Assembly: GCA_965216755.1 (NCBI GenBank)
Contig: CBDCGL010000011.1
Span: 352,001 to 416,000 of the forward strand
DNA length: 64,000 bases
Origin: Alphaproteobacteria bacterium
GTDB taxonomy: Bacteria > Pseudomonadota > Alphaproteobacteria > UBA7887
Reading direction: 5' to 3'
Part shown: one piece after another, positions 10,807-20,840 of the stretch
Layout: each line of letters begins with the position of its first letter
How positions within the stretch are numbered: the first letter of the stretch is position 1
The notes under the pieces: model-generated
Told to the model about the DNA's origin: nothing
What the model saw: the letters and a program-made list of their open reading frames with translations, nothing else
The model's database searches: none
Translations under genes and position numbers: made by a program

Positions 10807-11152
10807 AGGGTCCCGTCGTTTTTTTGATTGTGTTTCACCGGTCGACAGCGATCGATACACGACCGCTAATTCGGCTCGACCGAACCGTCGAGCCGGCTTC
10901 CTTGCGATGTGAACGCACCGCCGACGAATAACCAACATGTAATGAAATGCATCAAGTCTTGTCGCAAACACGAACCGAATCTCTGATCCGCACGCGTCTT
11001 GATCATCTACGACATTTACGATGCTATTACGCGTGAGTGTTTGATTTGGATCACTCGGAGGCTGTTTTTTTGAATGCTCGTTCAGGTACGTATCGGAAAG
11101 CATGGATTGCGTTGAAAGAAAGTCCGACGGGCGACAAGAACTGATACATGTT

Positions 11153-11171
11153 AATGGTAATCACTCGCATT
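11153..11171. promoter_or_regulatory. Fur-type iron box upstream of the Fe3+ ABC transporter
   Basis: 19-bp imperfect palindrome AATGGTAATCACTCGCATT ending 43 nt before the binding-protein start. Confidence 0.6.
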
Positions 11172-11214
11172 TCCGATTAGGGAAGCTAGGCACACATACC
11201 AGGAGGACCACACA

Positions 11215-12270
11215 ATGAAACTCACAGAGTCAAAAACCAATTCGCCCGGCCAGTGGGGAAGGCTGGCGGCGATTACGCTCCTGGTCGCAATAGTCGCCGG
11301 CCCGCGTCTTGCGTCGGCCGAAGATGTCAATATCTACTCAGAGCGCAAAGAGGCTCTGATTCGTCCAGTCATAGACGCCTTTACCGCGGATACGGGCATA
11401 AACGTCAATCTCGTTACTGGCAAGGCGGCGCAGTTGCACGAACGCTTGGTTGCTGAGGGCGCCAACACACCGGCCGACCTGTTGATAACAGTCGACGCGG
11501 GAAATTTGCACCGGGCAAAGACCGCGGGGCTCCTGCAACCGGTGCGGTCAGATGCTCTGAATTCGGCTATTCCCGAGGCATTTCGGGACGTTGATAGTCA
11601 GTGGTTCGGCCTAAGTTTGCGCGCGCGCATCATTATTTTCGCCAATGACAGGGTCGCGGCCGGAGAGATTACGACGTACGAAGCACTGGCGGACGAGGAC
11701 TGGCGCAATCGCATCGCGATTCGATCTTCCGGTAATGTCTATAACCAGAGCTTGATCGCATCGATGATCGAGGCGCATGGCGTGGAGGGCGCCGAAGCCT
11801 GGGCGCGCGGATTGGTTGCGAATTTCGCCCGCGATCCAAAAGGTGGCGATACTGACCAGATCCGCGCCGTGGCTGCCGGCGAAGCCGATATCGCGGTTGT
11901 CAACAGCTACTATTTTGGTCGCTTGCAAGCGTCAGCGGACGAAGCGGATCGCGCCGTCGCTGAAGCTGTCACGGTCGTATTTCCCAATCAACAAGACCGC
12001 GGAACACACGTCAATGTGGCTGGTGCCGGCATTACGGCGCATGCCAAGAACGGTGATAACGCGCTCAAATTACTGGAATTCATGGCAAGCCCCGCAGGCC
12101 AGAAACTGTTCGCCGAACTGAACCACGAATTTCCCGTCACGCCGGGAATCGCGCGGTCTGAGACGGTCGCGGCTTGGGGTGAGTTCATTACCGACGGCCT
12201 GCCATTGTCGCGGCTGGGCGAACGCAACAGCGAAGCGATCCGTTTGGCTGATCGGGCCGGCTGGCGCTAG
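11215..12270 (+). CDS. Fe(III) ABC transporter periplasmic binding protein (FutA/FbpA-like)
   Basis: Signal peptide, VNIYSER, ADLLITVDAGNL, GGDTDQIRAV, VNSYY (paired Tyr ligands), GTHVNVAG. Confidence 0.92.
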   Translation: MKLTESKTNSPGQWGRLAAITLLVAIVAGPRLASAEDVNIYSERKEALIRPVIDAFTADTGINVNLVTGKAAQLHERLVAEGANTPADLLITVDAGNLHRAKTAGLLQPVRSDALNSAIPEAFRDVDSQWFGLSLRARIIIFANDRVAAGEITTYEALADEDWRNRIAIRSSGNVYNQSLIASMIEAHGVEGAEAWARGLVANFARDPKGGDTDQIRAVAAGEADIAVVNSYYFGRLQASADEADRAVAEAVTVVFPNQQDRGTHVNVAGAGITAHAKNGDNALKLLEFMASPAGQKLFAELNHEFPVTPGIARSETVAAWGEFITDGLPLSRLGERNSEAIRLADRAGWR

Positions 12271-12388
12271 CCTGAGTCTGACATCATTGTTGTCGCCGCG
12301 TGTGGGGACCTCTGAAACCGATCCAGGCACGCAGAGTGCCGCGCCGCAAAAATGAGCCGACGCGCAAGGCCATGACGCGCGCGCATTC

Positions 12389-14095
12389 ATGACCTCCGCG
12401 GCGATGGTCGCGAGGCCTTTTCTTGGCGTGCGGCGTATTGTGCGGTCGTCCGGCTGGGTACTGATTCCGCTGGCTGTGGCCGCGCTGGTTTCGATCCCGA
12501 TTGCTGTGGTTGTCAGTCAACTTTTGGTCCCATCTGGCGGTGTTATGGCGCACCTGGCGTCGACCGTATTGGGTCGCTACGTCGCCAATACCTTGTGGCT
12601 GATCGGTGGTGTCGGCATCGGTGTCTTGGCGATGGGAATCAGCACAGCGTGGCTGTGCAGCATGTGTGTGTTTCCAGGACGGCGCCTATTCGAATGGGCA
12701 CTGTTGCTCCCGTTAGCGGTTCCAACCTATGCGATTGGCCTCACCTACGCGGGCTTGCTGGAATATGCAGGGCCTGTGCAATCAGCTTTACGTGCCGGAT
12801 TCGGCTGGCAACGCGCGGACTACTGGTTCCCGGATATCCGTTCGTTGGGCGGCGTGGTCGTTGTCATGTCTCTGGTGCTCTACCCGTACGTCTACCTGTT
12901 GGCACGCGCCGCCTTTATTAATCAGTCCGTGTGCGTGCTTGAGATTGGACGCACGCTCGGCCGGGGCCCTTGGTATGTTTTCTTGCGCGTTGCCGTGCCG
13001 CTGGCGCGTCCGGCGATCGTGGGCGGCGCCGCGTTGGCGCTAATGGAAGCACTCAGCGACTTTGGCACGGTCCAGTATTACGGCGTCGACACGTTTACCA
13101 CCGGCATATTTCGTACATGGTTCAATTTGCACAGCGCGGTCGCCGCCGCCCAACTCTCGGCCATGTTGCTCGGCTTCGTTGTCATTCTGCTGTTGGTCGA
13201 GCAATGGAGCCGCGGCGGTGCGCGTTTTCACCATACAACCGGGCGATATCGGCCCCTGCCGCGGTACGCCTTGCGCGGCTGGTCGGCGGTAGGCGCGGTC
13301 GCGCTGTGCGGCATGCCTTTGGTGCTCGGCTTTCTTGTCCCTGCCGGCCAATTGGCGATCTGGTCAATCAAGACGGGAGCGTCCATGGTTGATGGGCGAT
13401 TTTTCAGCTACGTCCAGCATAGTTTCGTGTTGGCATTGGTTTCAGCTTTGGTCGCGGTGACGGTTGCGCTCGTTGTGTGTTATGCGGTGCGGCTGAGTCG
13501 AAGCTTGCTTGCGGCATCGGCCGGCCGACTGGCAGGCCTCGGTTATGCCATGCCCGGTTCGGTCATCGCGGTCGGCGTCTTGATGCCTTTTGCGTGGCTT
13601 GATCATGCGGTCGATGGACTTGCCCAGGCTTGGTTTGGCGTCTCGACCGGCCTGCTTCTAACCGGCGGGATCGCGGCACTGGTATTCGCCTATGTGGTTC
13701 GATTTCTGGCGCTATCGATGAACGCGGTCTCGGCTGGTTTGGCCAAGGTGACGCCGTCCATGGACGATGCCGCGCGATCCCTCGGGGCGGGCCCCGGACG
13801 CATCCTGCTGCGTGTTCATGCGCCGATCGTCGCAGGAAGCCTTTTGACCGCCGGCCTATTGGTTTTTGTCGATGTCATGAAAGAATTGCCCGCAACATTG
13901 ATCATGCGTCCATTCAATTTCGATACGCTTGCCGTGCGCGCCTATGAACTGGCTTCCGACGAGAGACTGGCAGATTCGGGGTCAGCGGCGCTCGCGATCG
14001 TAGCCGTTGGTCTGATTCCGGTACTGGTGCTCAGCCGATCCGTTACCAGGGCACGTCCGGGCGCCGCGCTCGAGGGCGGCTATGAGCGCGCTTGA
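12389..14095 (+). CDS. Fe(III) ABC transporter permease (FbpB/FutB-like)
   Basis: Duplicated permease domains; EALSDFGTV, VDVMKELPATL..RPFNFDTLA. Confidence 0.92.
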   Translation: MTSAAMVARPFLGVRRIVRSSGWVLIPLAVAALVSIPIAVVVSQLLVPSGGVMAHLASTVLGRYVANTLWLIGGVGIGVLAMGISTAWLCSMCVFPGRRLFEWALLLPLAVPTYAIGLTYAGLLEYAGPVQSALRAGFGWQRADYWFPDIRSLGGVVVVMSLVLYPYVYLLARAAFINQSVCVLEIGRTLGRGPWYVFLRVAVPLARPAIVGGAALALMEALSDFGTVQYYGVDTFTTGIFRTWFNLHSAVAAAQLSAMLLGFVVILLLVEQWSRGGARFHHTTGRYRPLPRYALRGWSAVGAVALCGMPLVLGFLVPAGQLAIWSIKTGASMVDGRFFSYVQHSFVLALVSALVAVTVALVVCYAVRLSRSLLAASAGRLAGLGYAMPGSVIAVGVLMPFAWLDHAVDGLAQAWFGVSTGLLLTGGIAALVFAYVVRFLALSMNAVSAGLAKVTPSMDDAARSLGAGPGRILLRVHAPIVAGSLLTAGLLVFVDVMKELPATLIMRPFNFDTLAVRAYELASDERLADSGSAALAIVAVGLIPVLVLSRSVTRARPGAALEGGYERA

Positions 14096-15134
14096 TATCG
14101 ACAATATCAGCCATAGTTATGGCGATCGTGAGGTCGTCCATGGGCTAAGCCTCGCCGTCGCACCGGGATCGATTGTTTGCCTTCTGGGGCCTTCCGGTTG
14201 CGGCAAAACCACGGTTTTGCGCCTTGTCGCGGGGTTGGAAACGCTGCGGCACGGTCGTATTGCCATTGAGGGGCGGACGGTCGCGGGCGACGGCGTCACC
14301 ATTCCGCCCGAAGGCCGCAGAGTCGGTCTGATGTTCCAAGATTTCGCGCTATTTCCGCATCTGTCGGTCATCGACAATGTGCAGTTCGGCTTGGGTGATA
14401 TACCGGCCACCGGGCGACGGGCGATTGCTGAGCGCGCATTGGACCAGGTTGGCTTGGCCCACGCGGCGCGCGCCTTTCCTCATACGTTGTCGGGCGGTGA
14501 GCAACAAAGGGTGGCTCTGGCGCGGGCGCTGGCGCCGCGGCCAAACGTGCTGTTGCTCGATGAGCCGTTCTCCGAGCTTGACGTGCGCCTGCGCGAAGGC
14601 TTGCGCCGTCGTACCGCCGACCTGCTCAATGACGCGGGCATAACGACATTATTGGTCACGCACGATCCGGAAGAGGCGATGCTCATGGCTGACCAAATTG
14701 CCCTTATGCGGAACGGGCGGATTGAGCAAATTGGTCGGCCGGTCGATCTATACCGTGCGCCAATATCGCCGTTTTGTGCGGAATTCTTGGGTGAAACCAA
14801 TAGGATCGAGGGCTGCGTTGAGAACTCCCAAGTACGGACGCCGCTGGCAACGCTCGATGCGAATGGTCATGCGGAGGGAACAAGAGTGGTGATCTTGATA
14901 CGTCCCGAAGGCCTTCGAATATCGCGGGATAATGGTGTTCGAGCCGTGGTGGTCGGCGCCCGGAGTGTCGGACCATCGACGCTGGTAAGGGTGAGGTTGG
15001 CGCCGATCGACGGTCAGCAAGACCTGGAATTGGTCGCGCGGTTACCGATATATGAGGCCTTGGCGCCAAATTCCGAGCTTCGACTGCGGCTGGATCGGGC
15101 GATGGCATTTGTATTTCCGGCCGCAGACCGCTAA
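14082..15134 (+). CDS. Fe(III) ABC transporter ATPase (FbpC-like)
   Basis: GPSGCGKTT, LSGGEQQRVALARAL, LLLDEP; C-terminal TOBE-like region. Confidence 0.92.
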   Translation: MSALDIDNISHSYGDREVVHGLSLAVAPGSIVCLLGPSGCGKTTVLRLVAGLETLRHGRIAIEGRTVAGDGVTIPPEGRRVGLMFQDFALFPHLSVIDNVQFGLGDIPATGRRAIAERALDQVGLAHAARAFPHTLSGGEQQRVALARALAPRPNVLLLDEPFSELDVRLREGLRRRTADLLNDAGITTLLVTHDPEEAMLMADQIALMRNGRIEQIGRPVDLYRAPISPFCAEFLGETNRIEGCVENSQVRTPLATLDANGHAEGTRVVILIRPEGLRISRDNGVRAVVVGARSVGPSTLVRVRLAPIDGQQDLELVARLPIYEALAPNSELRLRLDRAMAFVFPAADR

Positions 15135-15232
15135 GAACTAAGCTAAGTGGCCTGCTTTATCCCGTCACGAGTCTGTCACCATCAGGTGTGTGGACGAGAG
15201 CGAGCACGGCAAATCGATTGGAGATACGTGAA

Positions 15233-15469
15233 ATGAGCATTGGCATCTGGCAAATCGTCCTGATCTTGGTGATCGTCTTGATCCTTTTTGGCGCCGGCAA
15301 GTTGCCGCGCGTCATGGGCGATATTGCCAAGGGTGTAAAGAGCTTCAAGGCGGGCTTGAAGGAGGATGAGTTGGCAGAGGACGACAGCCCGAAAGAAGTT
15401 CCTCACGCGCAGGCGAGTACCGCCGCCGAACCGGCTACGGCGAAGAGCGACGAGCCGGCGAAGACGTAA
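15233..15469 (+). CDS. tatA: twin-arginine translocase TatA
   Basis: MSIGIWQIVLILVIVLILFGAGKLPRVMGDIAKG. Confidence 0.95.
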   Translation: MSIGIWQIVLILVIVLILFGAGKLPRVMGDIAKGVKSFKAGLKEDELAEDDSPKEVPHAQASTAAEPATAKSDEPAKT

Positions 15470-15529
15470 TCGCATTGATGTTCGGCGGTCGCGATCGGGC
15501 GCGGCCGGCGTGAATGGGCGCGGATAGAC

Positions 15530-16150
15530 ATGTTCGACATCGGCTGGAGCGAGATGGCGATTGTTGCCGTCATTGCGCTATTTGTCATTGGCCCCAAGGA
15601 ACTCCCTAAAGCGCTGCGAACGTTTGGGCGCTATGCCGGCAAGGTGCGTGCCATGGCGCGCGAATTCCAGGCAAGCATTGACGAGGCTGTGCGCGAATCC
15701 GAGCTCGACGAAGTTAAGAAACAGATTGAAAACGCCGGAAAGCTCAACCCGACTAAGGCGTTGACGGATACAATTGATCCCAAGGGCCAGCTTCGCGAGG
15801 CCATGGATTTCTCGAAGACGGCGCTTTCCGACGCGGCCGACGAATCCATCGACGAAACAGGGCCACCGACCGCGGGTGGAAAACAGCAGCCTGTTGAAGG
15901 TGCGAAATCGGCCGCAGCGTCGAAACCTCTTGGACCGCCGGGGTGGACGAAGGCGGCGGGTAAGCACGCGACGCCGGCGAAGCCGGTTGTCGAGCGTTCT
16001 GTGACGGCATCGCAACCTGGATCAAGCACGGGCGACGAGGCAGCACCGACCGACCGCGGTGCGTCTCAAAGTGCGCCTGAGGGCGGTCCTGATAACCCGA
16101 TAGAGACGGCCGCGCCAGTCTCCGCACCAACCTCAAAGACCGGCACGTAA
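15530..16150 (+). CDS. tatB: twin-arginine translocase TatB
   Basis: MFDIGWSE...VIGPKELP. Confidence 0.95.
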   Translation: MFDIGWSEMAIVAVIALFVIGPKELPKALRTFGRYAGKVRAMAREFQASIDEAVRESELDEVKKQIENAGKLNPTKALTDTIDPKGQLREAMDFSKTALSDAADESIDETGPPTAGGKQQPVEGAKSAAASKPLGPPGWTKAAGKHATPAKPVVERSVTASQPGSSTGDEAAPTDRGASQSAPEGGPDNPIETAAPVSAPTSKTGT

Positions 16151-16154
16151 TCGC

Positions 16155-17060
16155 GTGACAAGTGACGACCGAGAATCGGAAATCGAGGCGTCAAAGGCGC
16201 CATTGATAGAACACTTGATAGAGTTGCGGAATCGCCTGATGTATTCGGTGATCGCGCTTTTCATATGTTTTATAGGTGCTTATTTTGTCGCGGAAGATAT
16301 TTACGGGTTCTTGGTAAAACCATTAGCGGAGATCTATCAAGATCTTGGTATAGAAAACCCAAGAATGATATACACGGCTCTGCATGAAGCATTTTTTACA
16401 TATTTGAAAGTTGCATTTTGGACTGCTGTATTTGTTTCATTTCCGGTCATGGCTAGCCAAGTATGGATGTTTGTTGCGCCGGGCCTTTATCGCAATGAAC
16501 GATCGGCGTTTATGCCGTTTTTGGTTGCAACTCCTGTATTGTTTACTCTTGGAGCTTCATTAGTCTATTTCTTTATTTTTCCGCTGGCTTGGCGATTTTT
16601 CCTCGGTTTCCAAACGCCCGGCGTTGAGGGCGGTTTGGCCATCGAGCTAGAGGCCAAAGTCAATGAGTATTTGTCGCTCGTTTTGCGCCTCATGTTCGCC
16701 TTTGGGCTCGCGTTTCAACTACCTGTCGCGTTGACTTTGCTGGCGCGGGCCGACTTGGTAACGTCCAAGACACTGGCCCAGAAACGGAAGTACGCGATTG
16801 TTTTCGCCTTTATCGGCGCGGCGATCCTGACGCCACCAGACTTGATTAGCCAGATCGGACTCGGTCTGCCCGTGATTGTCCTTTATGAGATTTCGATCGT
16901 ATTGGCGCGAATGGCAGAGAAGCGGCGCGCGGCGCGCGACGCTGAAGAGGCTGCACGAGAGACTGAGGTTGACGGGGACCGGTCATCGCAGGCGCGCACG
17001 CGGTCCGCGGGCGCCGGGCTCGACGATGGCGGTGAGGAGACAGACTTTAACTACAGCTAG
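16155..17060 (+). CDS. tatC: twin-arginine translocase TatC
   Basis: PLIEHLIELRNRL, FVAPGLY, FQLP, LTPPD. Confidence 0.95.
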   Translation: MTSDDRESEIEASKAPLIEHLIELRNRLMYSVIALFICFIGAYFVAEDIYGFLVKPLAEIYQDLGIENPRMIYTALHEAFFTYLKVAFWTAVFVSFPVMASQVWMFVAPGLYRNERSAFMPFLVATPVLFTLGASLVYFFIFPLAWRFFLGFQTPGVEGGLAIELEAKVNEYLSLVLRLMFAFGLAFQLPVALTLLARADLVTSKTLAQKRKYAIVFAFIGAAILTPPDLISQIGLGLPVIVLYEISIVLARMAEKRRAARDAEEAARETEVDGDRSSQARTRSAGAGLDDGGEETDFNYS

Positions 17061-17398
17061 GTTTTGTTGCGGCGCTATTTTTTCGATGCGCACGTAGCCG
17101 CGCCGCATAAGTGTTGAATTCGCCTGACAAATGCCAAGTAAGTCACTCTGTTACAACGGCGAAACCGTGTCGGCCTCTGTACAAAATGGTGACGACAGGG
17201 TCAAGGTCGCAAATTTGGCAGTTGCATTTGCCGTTCGCAAATGCCAAATGAGCGACGCCAGAGTTGCACGTCACCATGACGTATCTTGTTACGCCGCTGT
17301 CGCGTTTTGCCAAGCTACCCTTGGATATTGTGCACATCTCGAAGACCCGTCCTGCCCTACCATGGGTCGGCCGGACCCACCTGACGAAAGGAGTAGCT

Positions 17399-17608
17399 AT
17401 GGCTACCGGTACTGTTAAATGGTTTAACCCAACAAAAGGCTTTGGGTTCATCCAACCCAGCGATGGCTCGAAGGATGCTTTTGTGCACATTTCTGCCGTT
17501 GAGCGCGCCGGGCTGCACAGCCTGCGCGAGGGGCAAAAAGTGGAATATGATCTCGTGCCCGGCCGCAACGGCAAATCGTCGGCTGAGAATCTAGTCGCCC
17601 TGGATTAA
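17399..17608 (+). CDS. cspA: cold-shock protein
   Basis: MATGTVKWFNPTKGFGFI...DAFVHISAV; AAAGGAG RBS. Confidence 0.95.
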   Translation: MATGTVKWFNPTKGFGFIQPSDGSKDAFVHISAVERAGLHSLREGQKVEYDLVPGRNGKSSAENLVALD

Positions 17609-17785
17609 TCAGCGGCTATACAGAGCGCCCATCGCGCTGCAGTGCTTGACGCAGCGGCGTGGGCTAGACGCTGGATGTGGGTCGGGTCGTCGGCAGCGCA
17701 CGCTGTTGGCACGCCTGACCCACAGGCGGCCGTCGGTGCCGCTGCTAACGGTACCGGTCGCGACGACAGGGGAGCACAACACCAA

Positions 17786-17965
17786 ATGGCCCGCAAACCC
17801 AACTATGGATTTGAGCGCCGAGAGCGCGAACGGCTCAAAGCTGAAAAGAAAGCCAAGAAGGCTCGTGCGAAACACGAAAAGGCGGAAAAGAGCAAATCCG
17901 AGTCGGATGTGACGGAGTTGCCAGGTGACGAAGATACGGCGGACGCCAGTCCGGATCGTTCCTGA
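17786..17965 (+). CDS. small Lys/Arg-rich hypothetical protein (59 aa)
   Basis: MARKPNYGFERRERERLKAEKKAKK..., with GGGGAG upstream. Confidence 0.65.
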   Translation: MARKPNYGFERRERERLKAEKKAKKARAKHEKAEKSKSESDVTELPGDEDTADASPDRS

Positions 17966-18062
17966 ACCACTTTTCCGACGGCCATTTGTTGGCGGGAAAG
18001 CACGCTAGACCCAGGGTCGCGTGCGGCGTATACAGGACCGTCCACGTCAACGCAGTGTTTTC

Positions 18063-19337
18063 ATGTTTGATCTAAAATGGGTGCGTGAGCATCCGGCGGA
18101 CTTCGATGCCGCGATGGCGCGCCGTGGGGTGCCGCCACAGGCCGACGCGATTGTCGCGCTCGACGCCCGTCGTCGTAAGGTTATTGCCGATAACCAAGTT
18201 GTTCAGCAACGACGTAACGCCGCGTCCAAAGCCATCGGCGCGGCAAAATCTCGCGGCGAAGACGCGCAGGAGCTCATCGCTGAAGTCGCGTCGCTCAAGT
18301 CACGCTTGGCTGATGGCGAGGAGGCCGCGCGTGCCGTCGATGATGAAATTCGGTCGGTATTGGCAGCGTTGCCCAATATTCCGGCAACTGAGGTGCCCGA
18401 TGGCGCCGACGAAACTAGCAATGTCGAAGTACGGCGCGTCGGACGGCCGCGCACACCTGACTTCGAACCGCGCCAGCATTTCGACCTTGGCGCCGACCTT
18501 GGACAAATGGACTTCGACACGGCGGTGCGCATGTCTGGCGCTCGTTTTGTCGCGCTCAGGGGGCCGCTTGCCCGGTTAGAGCGCGCGTTGGCCACATTTA
18601 TGCTCGAGTTGCAGACCAGCGAGCACGGTTACCAAGAAGTCAGTCCACCCTATTTGGTTCGTGACGAAGCCCTATTCGGCACGGGTCAACTGCCAAAATT
18701 CGCCGAAGATCTGTTTCGCACGACCGCTGATCATTGGCTGGTGCCCACAGCCGAGGTGCCGCTGACCAATTTGGTTCTGAATCAGATCATCGATGCCGCC
18801 AAATTGCCCATGCGGGTCTGCGCGCACACCCCGTGTTTCCGCGCGGAGGCTGGCGCGGCAGGCAAAGACACGCGCGGCATGATCAGGTTACACCAGTTCA
18901 ACAAGGTTGAGCTGGTGTCAATCGTTGCGCCCGATCAATCGGAAGACGAACTTGAACGCATGACCAATTGTGCCGAGGAGGTGCTTAAGCGCCTGGACCT
19001 CGCCTATCGGGTTGTCCTGCTGTCGGCTGGCGACATGGGGTTTGCCGCACGCAAGACTTATGATCTAGAGGTTTGGTTGCCCGGCCAAGAAAGGTATCGA
19101 GAAATCTCAAGCTGTTCAAACTGCGGAGACTTTCAGGCGCGACGCATGGATGCACGATTGCGAATTCAGGGCGAGAAGGGGACCCAATTCGTTCACACGT
19201 TGAACGGCTCGGGACTGGCCGTCGGGCGGACGCTGGTTGCGGTCATGGAGACCTACCAAAACGCCGATGGAACAATCACGGTGCCAGAAGTCTTGCGTCC
19301 GTACATGGGTGGCGTTGGCGTTATTGGGCCGCTATGA
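18063..19337 (+). CDS. serS: seryl-tRNA synthetase
   Basis: [42 protein letters not shown]. Confidence 0.97.
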   Translation: MFDLKWVREHPADFDAAMARRGVPPQADAIVALDARRRKVIADNQVVQQRRNAASKAIGAAKSRGEDAQELIAEVASLKSRLADGEEAARAVDDEIRSVLAALPNIPATEVPDGADETSNVEVRRVGRPRTPDFEPRQHFDLGADLGQMDFDTAVRMSGARFVALRGPLARLERALATFMLELQTSEHGYQEVSPPYLVRDEALFGTGQLPKFAEDLFRTTADHWLVPTAEVPLTNLVLNQIIDAAKLPMRVCAHTPCFRAEAGAAGKDTRGMIRLHQFNKVELVSIVAPDQSEDELERMTNCAEEVLKRLDLAYRVVLLSAGDMGFAARKTYDLEVWLPGQERYREISSCSNCGDFQARRMDARLRIQGEKGTQFVHTLNGSGLAVGRTLVAVMETYQNADGTITVPEVLRPYMGGVGVIGPL

Positions 19338-20107
19338 GCGACCTTCGGGGGCAGCGTATTCTCCTGTCAAACGACGATGGGATCAATGCGACGGGTCTGG
19401 AGCGCCTTGAGCGAATCGCGCGCCAACTGAGCGACGACGTCTGGATTGTCGCGCCTGAAACGGACCAAAGTGGTGCGTCGCACTCGCTGACCTTGTCGCA
19501 ACCCGTGCGGGCGCGAAAATTGTCCGAGCACAAATTCGCGGTCGACGGCACACCCACAGACTCTGTTTTGATGGCGGTCTTGGAACTGGTGCCGGGGCGG
19601 AAGCCGGATCTTGTTTTGTCCGGGGTCAATCGTGGCGGCAATCTCGGCGAGGACGTGACCTATTCTGGTACGATTGCGGCGGCGATGGAGGGCGCGTTGC
19701 TGGGTATTCCATCGATCGCGTTGAGCCAGGTTACGGGCCCTGGACGGCGCGCCAAGTGGGCCACTGCCGAACAGCACGCCCCAGAGATCATTCGTCAATT
19801 GGTTGACACGCGTTGGCCGAGCAATGTCTTGATCAACGTGAATTTCCCGGATGTGGTCGAGGACCGGGTGCGAGGTGTTCAAGTCTCGAGACAGGGCCGG
19901 CGCAAGCCGGGATCGCGGCTTGACCGGCGTGTCGATCCGCGCGATCGCCCCTACTACTGGATCAGCTCTGCTCGCAGCGAAGAACCGAGTTTAGAGGGCT
20001 CAGATCTGGCGGCGATCAACCAAGACAAGATCGCGATCACACCATTGCACCTGGATCTGACCCACCAGGAAACATGTGCTAGTTTGCGCGACGCGTTGGC
20101 CTGGTAG
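19334..20107 (+). CDS. surE: 5'/3'-nucleotidase SurE
   Basis: [30 protein letters not shown]. Confidence 0.96.
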   Translation: MSDLRGQRILLSNDDGINATGLERLERIARQLSDDVWIVAPETDQSGASHSLTLSQPVRARKLSEHKFAVDGTPTDSVLMAVLELVPGRKPDLVLSGVNRGGNLGEDVTYSGTIAAAMEGALLGIPSIALSQVTGPGRRAKWATAEQHAPEIIRQLVDTRWPSNVLINVNFPDVVEDRVRGVQVSRQGRRKPGSRLDRRVDPRDRPYYWISSARSEEPSLEGSDLAAINQDKIAITPLHLDLTHQETCASLRDALAW

Positions 20108-20161
20108 ACTCGCTGGCGATGTAGCGGCCGAGAACACGCGGACGGCACGGGGGGCGTTCGG

Positions 20162-20827
20162 ATGAGCGCAGCGACGGACAAGGCCCGTTTGATACTTCAA
20201 ATTCGCAAGTTGGGGATTACCGACATGCGAATTCTCGACGCATTTGAATCGACGCCGCGCGAGATGTTCGTGCTCAACGAATTCGCCGACTTCGCTTACG
20301 ACGACCGCGCCCTGCCGATTGCTTGTGAGCAAACCATTAGTCAGCCGAGCCTGGTCGCACTGATGACAGAGGCACTCCATATCGGAGCGCGGATGAAAGT
20401 CTTGGAGGTCGGTACCGGATCAGGTTATCAGACAGCGATATTGGCCAAACTTTCCCGGCGCGTTTACACCGTTGAAAGGCATAGGGATTTGCTTGGGGCC
20501 GCGGCACGACGTTTCGCGGCGCTTAATCTGCACAACATAACAACGCGGGTTGGCGATGGCTCGCTGGGATGGCCAGAGCAAGCGCCATTCGAACGGATCA
20601 TGGTGACTGCCGCGGCCGCCGAAGTGCCGCGGACGTTGCTTGACCAGTTGGCGCCTGGTGGCGAAATGGTGATTCCGCTGGGCCCCGCTGGTGGCGAGCA
20701 GATGTTGTGTCGCGTCACCCGCGGCAAAGACGATCCTGATGCCATAGAGCGCGAACCGCTCGTTCCGGTCCAGTTTGTGCCATTGGTTGAGGGGCGCACA
20801 CAGGTGGCTACGACCCAGTCGACATGA
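20162..20827 (+). CDS. pcm: protein-L-isoaspartate O-methyltransferase
   Basis: QTISQP, VLEVGTGSGYQ, GDGSLGWPEQAPF. Confidence 0.96.
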   Translation: MSAATDKARLILQIRKLGITDMRILDAFESTPREMFVLNEFADFAYDDRALPIACEQTISQPSLVALMTEALHIGARMKVLEVGTGSGYQTAILAKLSRRVYTVERHRDLLGAAARRFAALNLHNITTRVGDGSLGWPEQAPFERIMVTAAAAEVPRTLLDQLAPGGEMVIPLGPAGGEQMLCRVTRGKDDPDAIEREPLVPVQFVPLVEGRTQVATTQST

Positions 20828-20840
20828 GAAAACTGCGCCA

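Noticed and set aside
9904-11103. 399-aa ORF as a long OxyR
   Set aside because: The LysR HTH starts at 10806; the upstream 99 codons are intergenic-like.
15173-15180. CTGTCACC upstream of tatA as another copy of the hairpin element
   Set aside because: Only 8 nt match and there is no partner arm.
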